A program made the translations under genes and the position numbers. A stretch of DNA of 64,000 nucleotides from an uncultured Conexibacteraceae bacterium (GTDB lineage: Bacteria > Actinomycetota > Thermoleophilia > Solirubrobacterales > Solirubrobacteraceae), in NCBI GenBank assembly GCA_963731005.1, contig CAVSTZ010000001.1, positions 1,585,776 through 1,649,775 on the forward strand, written 5' to 3'. The notes beneath the pieces are model-generated. The model was not told where the DNA came from. It did not search any database and saw only the letters and a list, made by a program, of their open reading frames with translations. This document shows positions 43,666-54,826 of the stretch, one piece after another. Numbering within the stretch: the first letter of the stretch is position 1; each line of letters opens with the position of its first letter.

Positions 43666-44235
43666 ATGGCCGCCGAGGTCTGGCTGATCCGCCACGCCGA
43701 GACCGAGTGGTCGAAGGCCGGGCGCCACACCGGCCGGACCGACATCCCGCTGACCGACGAGGGGCGCGCGCACGCCGCGACGCTGCCCGAGCGCGCTCGC
43801 CGGTCACGACGTTCGCCGCGGTCTTCGTCAGCCCGCTGCAGCGCGCGCGGGAGACCGCGACGCTGGCCGGCCTCGGCGACGCAGGCGCAGGTACGCGACG
43901 ACCTCGCTCGAGTGCGACTACGGCGACTACGAGGGCATCACCACCGACGAGATCCGCGACGACGCGCCCGGACTGGTACCTGTGGCGCGACGGCGTGCCC
44001 GGCGGCGAGCAGCCCGACGACGTCGGTGCCCGCGCCGACCGCGTCATCGCCGAGGCGCTCGCCGTCGACGGCGACGTCGCGCTGGTCGCCCACGGCCACG
44101 TCCTGCGCGTGCTCGCCGCGCGCTGGATCGCAGCAGCCGGCGAGCTTCGCCGGCCGGCTCGCGCTGGGAACCGGTGCGCTGTGCCGGCTGGGGTTCGAGC
44201 GCGAGGTTCGCGTGATCCGCGCCTGGAATCTCTGA
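43666..44235 (+). CDS. Histidine phosphatase family protein; frameshifted
   Basis: [40 protein letters not shown]. Confidence 0.9.
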   Translation: MAAEVWLIRHAETEWSKAGRHTGRTDIPLTDEGRAHAATLPERARRSRRSPRSSSARCSARGRPRRWPASATQAQVRDDLARVRLRRLRGHHHRRDPRRRARTGTCGATACPAASSPTTSVPAPTASSPRRSPSTATSRWSPTATSCACSPRAGSQQPASFAGRLALGTGALCRLGFEREVRVIRAWNL

Positions 44236-44307
44236 GCGCCGAGCGGATCACGGCGCTGGACGTCCGTACGAGGGCCGATGTCCGCATCTGGACACTGTGC
44301 CGCGCTC

Positions 44308-45923
44308 ATGCCCACCGTCCACGCCAAGAAGCGCAAGCCGGTCAAGAAGAAGCACAAGGCCGCCCCCAAGCGCCACTGCAAAACCGTCACCAAGAAGGTG
44401 CACGGCAAGAAGAAGCGGGTCAAGGTCTGCACCCCGGTCAAGAAGAAGAAGGTGGTGCGCAAGCCCGCGCCCACCCCGACCGGCTACAAGCCCACCGCGC
44501 CGGCCTTCCCGCCGTCGACGCCGATCGACCCGGGCGCCGGCCCCTCGCCCAACCCGCCCGCCGATCCGTCGGGCTCGTGGACCCCGCCGCCCGCGGTCCC
44601 GATGACCGCCCGCCAGGCCGAGCGCCTGCTGTGGCGCGCGGGCTTCGGCCCCAAGCCCGGCGACGTCGCACGCGTCGCGGCGATGGGCCTGGATGCGGCG
44701 ATCGCCGAGCTGGTCCACCCGGTCGGCGAGGCGACGCTCGTCGGCCCCGCGCCCCACGACGGCGACGGCGGCGCGCTGCAGCCCTACGACCTCTACGGCC
44801 ACGACCATCTCTGGTGGCTGGACCGCATGGTCCGCAGCGACCAGCCGCTGGTCGAGCGGATGGCGCTGGTCTGGCACGACTGGTTCGCCTGCAACCGCGA
44901 CAAGGTGCAGATCGACCTGCTGCTCGGCCAGAACGCGCTCTTCCGCCGCTCGGCGCTGGGCTCGTTCGCCAACCTGCTGCGCGACGTCACGGTCGACCCG
45001 GCGATGCTCGCCTTCCTCGACGGCATCGACAACCGCAAGGGCTCGCCGAACGAGAACTACGCCCGCGAGGTCATGGAGCTGTTCACGCTCGGCGCCGACC
45101 GCGGGGCCTACACCGAGACCGACATCCGCCAGGCCGCCAAGGCGCTGACCGGCTGGCGTCGCCGACTACGTCGACGGTGTCGGCCTGGCCAACTTCCGCT
45201 TCGACGCGACGCGCCACGACAACACGACCAAGACGATCTTCGGCACGTCGGGCAACTTCTCGTGGCAGGACGTCTGCAACCTCTGCCTGCAGAACCCGCT
45301 GCACCCGTCGTTCTTCGTGACCAAGTTGTGGTCCTACTTCGTGCCGGTCGCGCCCGACGGCCCGACGCAGGCCACGTTGCAGGCGGCCTACGTCAACTCC
45401 GGCTATCAGGTCGCGCCGGTGCTGGAGCTGATCTTCCGCCATCCCGTCTTCCTCGACGGGCCGGCGATGGTCAAGCCGCCGGTGGTCGCCAACGCCGGGC
45501 TGCTGCGCGCGCTCGGGCGGCCCATCGACACCGACGAGTGGGCCTACCTCAGCGGTGAGACCGGCCAGACGCTCTTCGAGCCCGCCGAACGTCAGCGGCT
45601 GGGACGACACGCGCTGGATGGACACCTCGACGTGGCGTGGACGCTGGCACGTGACCGGCGTCGCGCTGGCCCCGACGCAGGTCAAGACCTCGGCGCCGAG
45701 CACCTACCCCGACACCGAGGACGGCGCGACCGCGGTCGCCGCGGCGCTGGCCGCCGTCGGGAACCCGGCGCTCAGCGCCGAGACCGCGGCCAACGTGAAG
45801 GCCTTCGCCGACAGCGTCCTGCCGGGCACGATGAACGCCACCCAGAAGCGCACCTACCGGGCGATGCGCCAGAACGCGCTGCGCCTGCTGATCCTGACCT
45901 CCGCCGACGCCCAGACCTGCTGA
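44308..45923 (+). CDS. DUF1800 family protein with a Lys-rich N-terminus; frameshifted
   Basis: LLWRAGFG, LVERMALVWHDWF, DPAML.FLD, PNENYAREVMELFTLG, ALTGW, PPNVSGW. Confidence 0.88.
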
Positions 45924-45933
45924 GACAACCCCT

Positions 45934-47299
45934 ATGGCCCCCCGCAACTGCTGCAACGAGTTCACCCGCGCGCGCTTCCTGCAACGTTCCGCCGCCAGCG
46001 CCGGCGCCGGCCTGCCGGCGATCGAGGCGGGCATGCCCGCACCCGCCGGCACGGGCCTCAGCCGACGCACCTTCCTCTCGCGCAGCCTCGGCGGCGCGCT
46101 GGCCGTCTACGGCGGCTCGAAGCTCGGCATCGACGCCCTCGAGGCGGGCATCGCCAACGCGGCGGGCGACCCGAGCCGCGTGCTCGTCTCGGTCTTCCTC
46201 GGCGGCGGGATGGACGGGCTCAGCGTGCTCGCCCCGGTCGGCGACGCCCAGTACGCGACGCTACGCCCGACGCTGAAGACCGACCCCGACGCGACGCGCA
46301 CGTTCACCGAGGACGCCACCCTGCAGTGGACGGCCGCGGCGGACTCGCTGCGCACGCTGCACGGCGAGGGCAAGGTCACCGTGATGCCGGCGATCGGCTA
46401 CGACCACCCCAACCAGTCGCACTTCACCAGCCGCCACTTCTGGGAGGTCGGGGAGCTCAGCGTCGACGGCAACTTCGGCTGGCTCGGCCGCTTCCTCGAC
46501 CAGCACGGCGTGCCCGACAACCCGCTGCAGGGCCTGTCGATGAACTCCTACCTGTCGCCGGGGCTCGCCGCGGCGCAGGTGCCGGTCGCCGCGGTGTACC
46601 GACCCGATCAGTTCGGCCTCTACGTGCCGGGCGTCGGCAACCCGGTGCTCGCGCCGATGTACGGCGCCATCGGGGGACTGGGCGCACTGCCGACCAGCGA
46701 TCCGGCGCTGGGCCAGGCGCGGCTGGTGGCGACCGAGGTCGACTCGATCCGCACCGCGCTGCTGCCCTACCAGGGCAACGCCGTCCCGCATGCGACCAGC
46801 TACGGGACCGACGACTTCGGACGCAAGTTGGAGGTCTTGGCCTCGATGCTGGCCGCCAACGTGCCGGTCCGCGCGGTCGCCGTCGACGCGCCGGGCTCCT
46901 GGGACTCGCACTCCGACCAGGCCAACACGATCGGCCGCGACGTCCAGAACGCCTGCGACACGCTGCTGGCCTTCCAGCGCGACATCGAGGCGCGCGGCAT
47001 CGCCGACCGCGTCCTGATCCACGTCTGGACCGAGTTCGGCCGGCGCCCGCAGGAGAACGCCGGCGGCACCGACCACGGCGCCGCCGGCGCCTCGTTCTTG
47101 ATCGGCACCAAGGCCGCCGGCCAGATGGTCGGCGAGTTCCCGGGCCTCACCTCGCTGGACCCCGACGAGCAACGTGAAGGTCACCAGCGACTTCCGCGGC
47201 GTCTACTGCTCGCTGCTGGAGCAGTGGTACGGCGTCGACGCGGCGCCGATCATCCCGGGCGCCGCGAGCTTCGCGCGGCCGGCGCTGATCGCCGCGTAA
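45934..47299 (+). CDS. DUF1501 family protein with a Tat-like signal; one frameshift near the 3' end
   Basis: LSRRTFL, FLGGGMDGLS, NQSHF, GWLGR, WDSH, TEFGRR..EN.GTDHG, DFRGVY. Confidence 0.9.
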
Positions 47300-47324
47300 G
47301 CCGGGCCGCCCGCCCGCGCCTCCG

Positions 47325-47588
47325 CTACCGCTCGCAGGCGATGCCGTCGTGATCGGCGTCGAGGCGGTAGTGGTCGTTGCCGACCGACCGGAACGGGCCT
47401 GAGACGTAGTACGGACCGTTGCCGCTGCCGCCCGCGCAGTCGTAGTCGCTGACGTTGGGCTTCAGGCAGCGGCCCTTGTAGTTCGGATCGCACTTCTGCT
47501 TGGCCGCGACGGTGCCGTGGGCGACAGGCGCCGAGAGGCCCGCGACGGCGCAGATGGACAGAGCGATGAGGGTTCGTCGGGAAGCCAT
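47325..47588 (-). CDS. Small secreted Excalibur-like calcium-binding protein
   Basis: Signal peptide; CDPNY.G.C..DYDCAGGSGNGP..RLDADHDGIACE (DxDxDG..CE). Confidence 0.82.
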   Translation of the reverse strand: MASRRTLIALSICAVAGLSAPVAHGTVAAKQKCDPNYKGRCLKPNVSDYDCAGGSGNGPYYVSGPFRSVGNDHYRLDADHDGIACER

Positions 47589-47717
47589 TGGCGGCGACAC
47601 TAAAGCACCGCTGACCAACTCGCCCCCCTGATGGCCCAGTTTTCGGTTGCGACGGCCGAACCGGTACGAAAATGCCCCGTTTGCGGCCGGTTTTCGACCG
47701 CCTGCGACCATGTGACG

Positions 47718-47969
47718 ATGAGCCGCCGCGACCTCCTCCACGTCCTCACCGCGCTGGCCGAGCTGGCCGGGGGCGAGCCGGACGTCCCGGTCACCGTCGC
47801 CGCGATCGACGAGGCCATCGGCCGCGGCCGCGCCGACATGCGCACACCCCTCAACCTCACCTCCCTTGCCGCCGACGGCCTCGCGCAGCCGGCCGCCGAC
47901 GGCACCTGGTCGCTGACCGAGACCGGCGCCCAGCGCCACCGCGAAGACGAGGACTACGCGGGGCGCTGA
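47718..47969 (+). CDS. Small hypothetical protein, possible winged-helix fold
   Basis: MSRRDLLHVLTAL..VTVAAIDEAIGR..LTSLAADGLA..GTWSLTETG. Confidence 0.6.
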   Translation: MSRRDLLHVLTALAELAGGEPDVPVTVAAIDEAIGRGRADMRTPLNLTSLAADGLAQPAADGTWSLTETGAQRHREDEDYAGR

Positions 47970-47981
47970 GCGGGGGCTGGA

Positions 47982-50323
47982 TCAGGCCGGGACGAGCTCG
48001 CGGTCCTCGTCGCGCTCGCGGTCCTCGACCGGCACCGGAGCGCCCACCGTCACGGACTCCTCGTGGCCCAGCGACGGCAGCCACTCCAGCCAGCGCGGCA
48101 GGTACCAGTTCCAGTCGCCCAGGAGCTTCATCGTGGCGGGCAGCAGCACGGCGCGGACGAGCGTCGCGTCGACGAGGATCGCGGTCGCCAGCCCCACGCC
48201 CATCATCTTGAAGTCCAGGTAGCTCAGGGTCGCGAAGATCCCGAACACCGCGACCATCACGATCGCCGCGCTGGTGACCGTGCCGGCCGTCGTCTTGATC
48301 CCGTGCGCGACCGCGTCCTCGGTCTTCATGCCGCGATCGAACGCCTCGCGGACCCGGCTGAGGATGAACACGTGGTAGTCCATCGACAACCCGAAGAGGA
48401 TCACGAACAGGAACATCGGCAGCCAGCTCGTGACCGACGCCGGTGGACTCGAAGCCCAGGAGCTTCTCGCCGTGGCCGTCCTGGAAGACCCACGTCAGCA
48501 CGCCGTAGGCGGCGCCGACCGACAGCAGGTTCAACACGATGGCCTTGATCGGGATCACGATCGAGCGGAACGTCATCAGCAGCAGCAGGAACGCGAGACT
48601 CAGCACGAAGCCGAACACGATCGGCCAGCGGGACTTCATGAGGTCGTTGAAGTCCTTGGAGCCGGCGGTCATGCCCGTCACGTAGGCCTTGACGCCGCGC
48701 GGCGTCGGCGAACTTCGGCACGACCTCGCCGCGCAGCGTCGCCAGCGCGTCGTTGGACGCCTTGTCGGTGCCCGTGCCGAGGATCGGCAGGCTGATCTGC
48801 ATGACCGTCTTGTCGGCCGAGACCGTCACGTCGATCGGGCTCCTTGACCTGACCGGTCGCGAGCGCGTCGCGCTCCAGCTGCTTGACCGCGGCCGTGATC
48901 TTGGGCGACGTGACGTCCTTGGCCTTGATGACGACCTCGGCGGGGATCTCGCCGCCGGGGAACGCGGCCTGCATCTTGTCGTAGACCTTCATGATCGGCA
49001 GCGAGCGCGGGATCGCCTCGGTGCCGCTGTCGGCCGTGTGCATGTGCAGCACCGGCGAGGCCATCACCAGCAGCAGCGCGCTCGCCGAGATGACCGCGAC
49101 GACGCGGATGGCGCAGCACGCGGTCGAGCACGAAGTTCCACGCGCGCCCGCCGCTGTCGATGTCACGCGTCCGGGCGGCGCTCATGCGCTTGCCCAGGAA
49201 CGGGATGCGGCCCCGCTCCATCCACTTGCCCGAGCCCGACAGCAGCGCCGGGATCACGGTGACCGAGCCGATCATCGCGACGAAGACCACCAACATGGCG
49301 CCGATGCCCAGCGCGGTGAAGGTCGAGTCGCCGGCGAGCAGCATGCCCGGCCATCGCGACGATGACCGTCACGCCCGAGATCAGCACGGCGCGGCCCGAC
49401 GTCGCGGCGGCGATCGCCACGGCGTCCTTGGAGGAGTGGCCGCGGGCCTTCTCCTCGCGCTCACGGCGCAGGTAGAAGAGCGAGTAGTCGACGCCGACCG
49501 CCAACCCCACCAACAACACCACTTCGTTGATGAAGTCGTTGAGCGACACCAGATGGCTGATCGGGCCCAGCAGGCCGATCGTCCCGACGACGGCGGTGAC
49601 GCCGAGCAGCAGCGGCACGCCGGCGGCGACCAAGGCGCCGAAGGTCAGCACGAGGATGATCAGCGTGACCGGGATCGACAGCATCCCGGCCTGCGCGAAG
49701 TCGTCGCCGAAGGCCTTGTTGAGCGCCTTGTCGGCGCTGGCGTCGCCGAACTGGCCGACGAACATCGAGGGATGTTGGTCGCCGGCAGCCTTGACGGCCG
49801 TCTCGACGGCGTCGACGCGCTGCTCGGCGAGATCGCTGTCGCCGTTGATGTCGAACGTCACGAGCGCCGAGCGACCATCAGCAGAGATCTGCCCGGTGTT
49901 GCCGGCGCCGTAGGGCGACTTGACGTGGACGACGCCCGGCTGGGCCGAGACGCCCTTGACGACATCGCCGACCGTCGCCCGGAAGGACGGATCACGAGCG
50001 GTCGTCCCGCTCTTGGCCGGCGCCTGGACCAGGACGGTCTCGCCGGCACGATCGGGGTAGGCACCGTTGACGATGCGATCAGCGGTGGCGGAGTCGCCGT
50101 GGCCGCTGCTGTCGTCTGACGGGGTGACGGTGCCGACGGCGCTGCCGACGAAGAGCGCAAGGGCGACGAAGACGAGCCAGCCGGCGATCGCCTTGCCACG
50201 GTGGCGGGTGCTCCAACGGCCGATGCGCGCGGCCAAGGAGGGGGAGGACGCGACACCCGACGACGGAGGAGAAGGGAAGCCGGGCCCGTGGGGATCGGGT
50301 GCCGGCGGGGAGGAGGAGGTCAT
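47982..50323 (-). CDS. MMPL (RND superfamily) transporter; frameshifted
   Basis: LVLTFGALVAAGVPL, GLAVGVDYSLF, TSGRAVLISG, LFGLSMDYHVF, GTVTSAAIVM, DATLVRAVLLPA..LLGDWNWYLP. Confidence 0.93.
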
Positions 50324-50382
50324 GGCCGGGAGGATCGTCGGCGGTGCGTTGCCGCGCCATGCGGGCCCCTGGCGTCGTCGAC

Positions 50383-50420
50383 GGGGGGAAACCCCACCCT
50401 TAGGGGTTCGTCAGGGGTAG
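50383..50420. promoter_or_regulatory. G/C-run motifs (GGGGGAAACCCCACCC..AGGGGT..AGGGGTAG) upstream of MMPL; possible response-regulator site
   Basis: Palindromic GGGG-AAA-CCCC core plus AGGGGT direct repeats in the divergent intergenic region. Confidence 0.4.
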
Positions 50421-50534
50421 GCCTTCCGGGCAGGTCTTCGTGCAGGAGTTCGGCCCGCGCGCCGATACTGTGGGCGGCTACCACATCACCCCTGCGGTCC
50501 TGTCCCCCGCGGCCGATCACCCAGAGAACCACTC

Positions 50535-52525
50535 ATGGATCCGCACATCGACATCGCCACCGCTCCGGTCTCACCGGACGCCGACGACTCCCCGCCGCGC
50601 GCGGGCGCGATGGACCCCGGCTTCGTCGAGGTCCGGGACACGACCCCGTTCGTCGAGCGCACCCCGGTCCGCTCCGCGTTCCCGCCGATCGCCGACTACG
50701 GCTTCCTCAGCGACTGCCACACCGGCGCGCTCGTCGCGCCCGACGGCACGGTCGAGTGGCTCTGCCCGCCGCGCTTCGACTCCCCCAGCGTCTTCGGCGC
50801 GATCCTCGACCGCTCCGCCGGCGGCTTCCGCCTCGGCCCGTCGGCGATGGGCGTCCCCGCCGGCCGCCGCTACGAGCCCGGCACGATGATCCTCGAGACG
50901 ACGTGGATGACGCCGACGGGCTGGGTCGTCGTCCGCGACGCGCTCGTCATCGGCCGCTGGCGCGAGCGCACCCAGGGCTCGACGACCGCGCACACGCGCC
51001 CGCCGACCGACTACGAGGCCCACCACGTCCTCGTCCGCACGATCACCTGCATCCACGGCAACGCCCAGATCGAGTTGCTCTGCGAGCCGATGTTCGACTA
51101 CGGCCGCGTCCCCGCGACGTGGTCGACTGTCCCGAACGACCCCTACGCCTTCGACGCCACCGACGGCGGCGCGCACGCTGCGGCTGATGTCGGACCTCAA
51201 CCTCGGGATCGAGGGCGGCCTGGCCCGCGCGCGCCATCGCCTCGAGAAGGGCGAGACGCGCTTCTGCGCGCTCTCGTGGTCGCGCCTGCTCGACGGGCCG
51301 CGCACCGCCGAGGAGGCCACCGCCGCGCTCACCGCCACGAGCGAGTACTGGCGCGGCTGGCTGGCCGACGCCGACTTCCCCGACCATCGCTGGCGCAACC
51401 ACCTGGAGCGCAGCGCGCTGACGCTCAAGGGCCTGACCTACGCGCCGACCGGCGCGCTGGTCGCCGCGCCGACGACCTCGCTGCCCGAGACGCCCGGCGG
51501 CGAGCGCAACTGGGACTACCGCTTCACGTGGATGCGCGACGCGACCTTCACGCTCAGCGGCCTGCACTCGCTCGGGCCTCAACTGGGAGGCCGACGACTT
51601 CATCCAGTTCGTCGCCGACCTGGGCCGCAACGAGGACGGCGCGCTGCAGATCATGTACGGGATCGGCGGCGAGCGGGTCCTGGAGGAGCAGACGCTCGAC
51701 CACCTCACCGGCTACGAGGGCGCGCAGCCGGTCCGGATCGGCAACGACGCCTACCACCAGCGCCAGAACGACGTCTTCGGCGCCGTCCTCGACTCCTTCT
51801 GGCTGCACGCCAAGGAGTACGGGCACAACTCGGCGCGGCTGTGGCCGGTCATCCACGACCAGGTCGAGCAGGCGATCGCCTCCTGGCGCCTGCCCGACCA
51901 GGGCATCTGGGAGTCGCGCGGCGAGCCCCAGCACTACGTCTCGAGCAAGTTGATGTGCTGGGTCGCGCTGGACCGCGGCGCCCGCCTCGCGGCCCGCCGC
52001 GGCAAGAACGAGCTCGCCGATCGCTGGCGCCTGGTCGCCAACGAGATCCATGCCGAGATCTGCGAGCGCGGCGTCGACGAGCACGGCCGCTTCACCCAGT
52101 ACTACGGCTCCAAGAACCTCGACGCGTCGCTGCTGCTGATCCCGCTCGTCCGCTTCCTGCCCCACGACGACGTGCGCGTGCGCAACACCGTCATGGCGAT
52201 CGCCGACGAGCTGACCGAGAACGGCCTCGTCCTGCGCTACCGCACCGACGAGACCGACGACGGCCTCAGCGGCGAGGAGGGCACCTTCCTGATCTGCTCG
52301 TTCTGGCTGGTCAGCGCGCTGCTCGAGATCGGCGAGCGCAAGCGCGGCCGCCAGCTCTGCGAGCGCCTGCTGTCGCTGGCCTCCTCGCTGGACCTCTACG
52401 CCGAGGAGCTCGAGGCCTCGACCGGCCGCCACCTCGGCAACTTCCCCCAGGCCTTCACGCACCTGGCGCTCATCAACGCGGTGATGCACGTCATCCGCGA
52501 CGAGCAGCAGAACCCGGTCGGCTGA
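50535..52525 (+). CDS. Second glycoside hydrolase family 15 paralog; frameshifted
   Basis: [58 protein letters not shown]. Confidence 0.93.
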
Positions 52526-52567
52526 CGTTGTAACGTCTGCCCGGTCGGGCATGACGGATCCCCAGCC

Positions 52568-53662
52568 ATGACGGTCACCCACACCGCCAACCTGGTTCAA
52601 GACCTCGCCGCCGTGCGCCAGCGCACGCTGGATCTGGTCTCGCACCTCAGCACCGAGGACCTCGAACGGCAGATCGCGCCGATCATGAGCCCGCTCGTCT
52701 GGGACCTCGGACACATCGCCGCCTACGAGGACCTCTGGCTCGTCCATCGCCACGCGGGCATGGCGCTGCTGCGCCCCGACCTCGCGGCGCTCTACGACGC
52801 GTTCGAGACGCCGCGCGCGGTGCGCGGCGACCTGGAGATCCTCGGCTACGACGACGCGCTGCGTCTACCTCGCCGAGGTACGGGCGCGCACGCTCGCGGC
52901 ACTGGAGATCACGGGTGCCGACCCCGTCCTGCACGAGATGGTCCTCCGGCACGAGCTGCAGCACACCGAGACGATGCGCCAGGCGATGGCCATCGCCGGC
53001 CTGCTGCCGCCCGGCGAGCCGGCTCTGCCGCCGCTGAGCACGCCGGAGGGCTGGCTCGCACGTCGCCGCCGGCACCCACGCGCTCGGCGCCCGCGACGGC
53101 GTCTTCGCCTACGACAACGAGCGGCCGCGCCACGCGGTCGACGTCGACGCCTTCGCGCATCGCGCTGCGGCCGGTCACCAACGCGACCTGGCTGCGCTTC
53201 GTCGAGGGCGGCGGCTACGTGCGCCGCGAGTGGTGGTCCGACGAGGGCTGGGCGTGGAAGGAGGAGTACGACATCACCCACCACGCATCCGTGGCGGCCG
53301 GAGATCCTGACGCTCCGGCCTGCCACGTCTCGTTGTTCGAGGCCGAGGCCTTGGCACGGTGGTGCGGAGCACGGCTCCCCACCGAGGCCGAGTGGGAGAA
53401 GGCTGTCAGACCGCCTCGACGGCGTCGGGCACGTGTGGGAGTGGACCGCCTCGACCTTCGGCGGCTATCCCGGCTTCGAGGCCTTTCCGTACCGCGAGTA
53501 CTCCGAGGTCTTCTTCGGCGACCGCTACCGCGTCCTGCGCGGCGGCTCGTGGGCGACGCATCCGCGCGTCGCCACCGCACGTTCCGCAACTGGGACCTCC
53601 CCGAGCGCCGGCAGATCTTCGCCGGCGTGCGGCTGGCCCGCGACCTCGGAGACCCATCCTGA
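52568..53662 (+). CDS. egtB: Ergothioneine sulfoxide synthase EgtB; frameshifted
   Basis: DinB-like SPLVWDLGHIAAYEDLWL, metal motif HELQHTE, FGE-like RLPTEAEWEKA, VWEWT, VLRGGSWAT, FRNWD. Confidence 0.88.
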   Translation: MTVTHTANLVQDLAAVRQRTLDLVSHLSTEDLERQIAPIMSPLVWDLGHIAAYEDLWLVHRHAGMALLRPDLAALYDAFETPRAVRGDLEILGYDDALRLPRRGTGAHARGTGDHGCRPRPARDGPPARAAAHRDDAPGDGHRRPAAARRAGSAAAEHAGGLARTSPPAPTRSAPATASSPTTTSGRATRSTSTPSRIALRPVTNATWLRFVEGGGYVRREWWSDEGWAWKEEYDITHHASVAAGDPDAPACHVSLFEAEALARWCGARLPTEAEWEKAVRPPRRRRARVGVDRLDLRRLSRLRGLSVPRVLRGLLRRPLPRPARRLVGDASARRHRTFRNWDLPERRQIFAGVRLARDLGDPS

Positions 53663-54682
53663 TGGACTCGATCACCGCAGCGACCTGCACCGCCGAGCAA
53701 CGCATCGTCATTGAGTCGTTCCTCGGCGGCGGCGACCACCGCACGCTGGCCGACGACGTCCTCGACGGGCTCACCCGCCCGTTCAAGGAGCTGCCGCCCA
53801 AGCACTTCTACGACGCGCGTCGGCGCCGAGCTGTTCGACCAGATCTGCGAGCTGCCCGAGTACTACCCGACGCGCTGCGAGCGGGCGATCCTGCGAGGAG
53901 CGCTCGCGCCGAGATCGTCGCAGCGCACGGGCGCGGCCGAGCTGGTCGAGCTCGGCTCGGGCACCGCCGCCAAGACGCGCCTGCTGCTCGCCGCGATGCA
54001 CGAGGCCGGCACGCTGGACCGCTACGTGCCGATCGACGTCACCGAGTCGATGGTGCGCGCGAGCGCGCAGCGGCTGGTGGAGGAGTTCGACGGGCTGCGC
54101 GTGCACGGCATCGTCGGCGACTTCGAGCGCCACCTCGAGCACGTCCCCGCGCCGGTCGACGGCCGCCCTCGCATCGTCGCGTTCCTCGGCGGGACGATCG
54201 GCAACTTCACGCCGGGCAGCCGCCGGCGCTTCCTGCGCACGCTCTCGCAGCTGCTCGGTCCCGACGACTACCTGCTCTTCGGCACCGACCTCGTCAAGGA
54301 CCCGGCCGTCATCGAGGCGGCCTACGACGACTCCGCGGGCGTCACCGCGGCGTTCAACCGCAACGTCCTGACGGTGCTCAACCGCGAGCTGGACGCCGAC
54401 TTCGACGCCCGACGCCTATCGACCACGTCGCGTTCTTCGACCGCGACCGCGAGTGGATCGAGATGCGCCTGCGCGCACGGCGCCCGCAGCGCGTGCTGGT
54501 CGGCCGGCTCGGCCTGCGACGTGACCTTCGCCGCCGGCGAGGAGCTGCGCACGGAGATCAGCGCGAAGTTCACGCCCGAGCGCATCCGTGGCGACCTCGC
54601 CGCCGCCGGGATGGAGCTGGTCGACAGCCTCACCGATCAGGATGGACTGTTCGCGCTGAACCTGGCGCGCGTCCAGAGCTGA
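53662..54682 (+). CDS. egtD: L-histidine N-alpha-methyltransferase EgtD; frameshifted
   Basis: KELPPKHFYD, LPEYYPTRCE, ELGSGTAAKT, FLGGTIGN, AYDDSAGVTAAFN, TEISAKF. TGATG coupling to egtB. Confidence 0.93.
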
Positions 54683-54699
54683 TCGAACCTGGCCAGAAG

Positions 54700-54722
54700 G
54701 GGCGGAAGCTCCCCTTCCGCCC
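54700..54722 (+). terminator. Hairpin downstream of egtD
   Basis: 9-bp stem GGGCGGAAG / CTTCCGCCC. Confidence 0.45.
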
Positions 54723-54826
54723 GCGAAGCTCCACTTCTAGACTGTTCGCTCCCGGTCGAGCGGCGCCCAGGCACGGATGACCTGCAGATCAGCGCCGCGA
54801 CCGGACGAGAGCGAAACAGAACCTGG

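Noticed and set aside
52568-53662. Selenoneine synthase SenA
   Set aside because: No senB, senC or selD nearby, and direct coupling to egtD favours EgtB.
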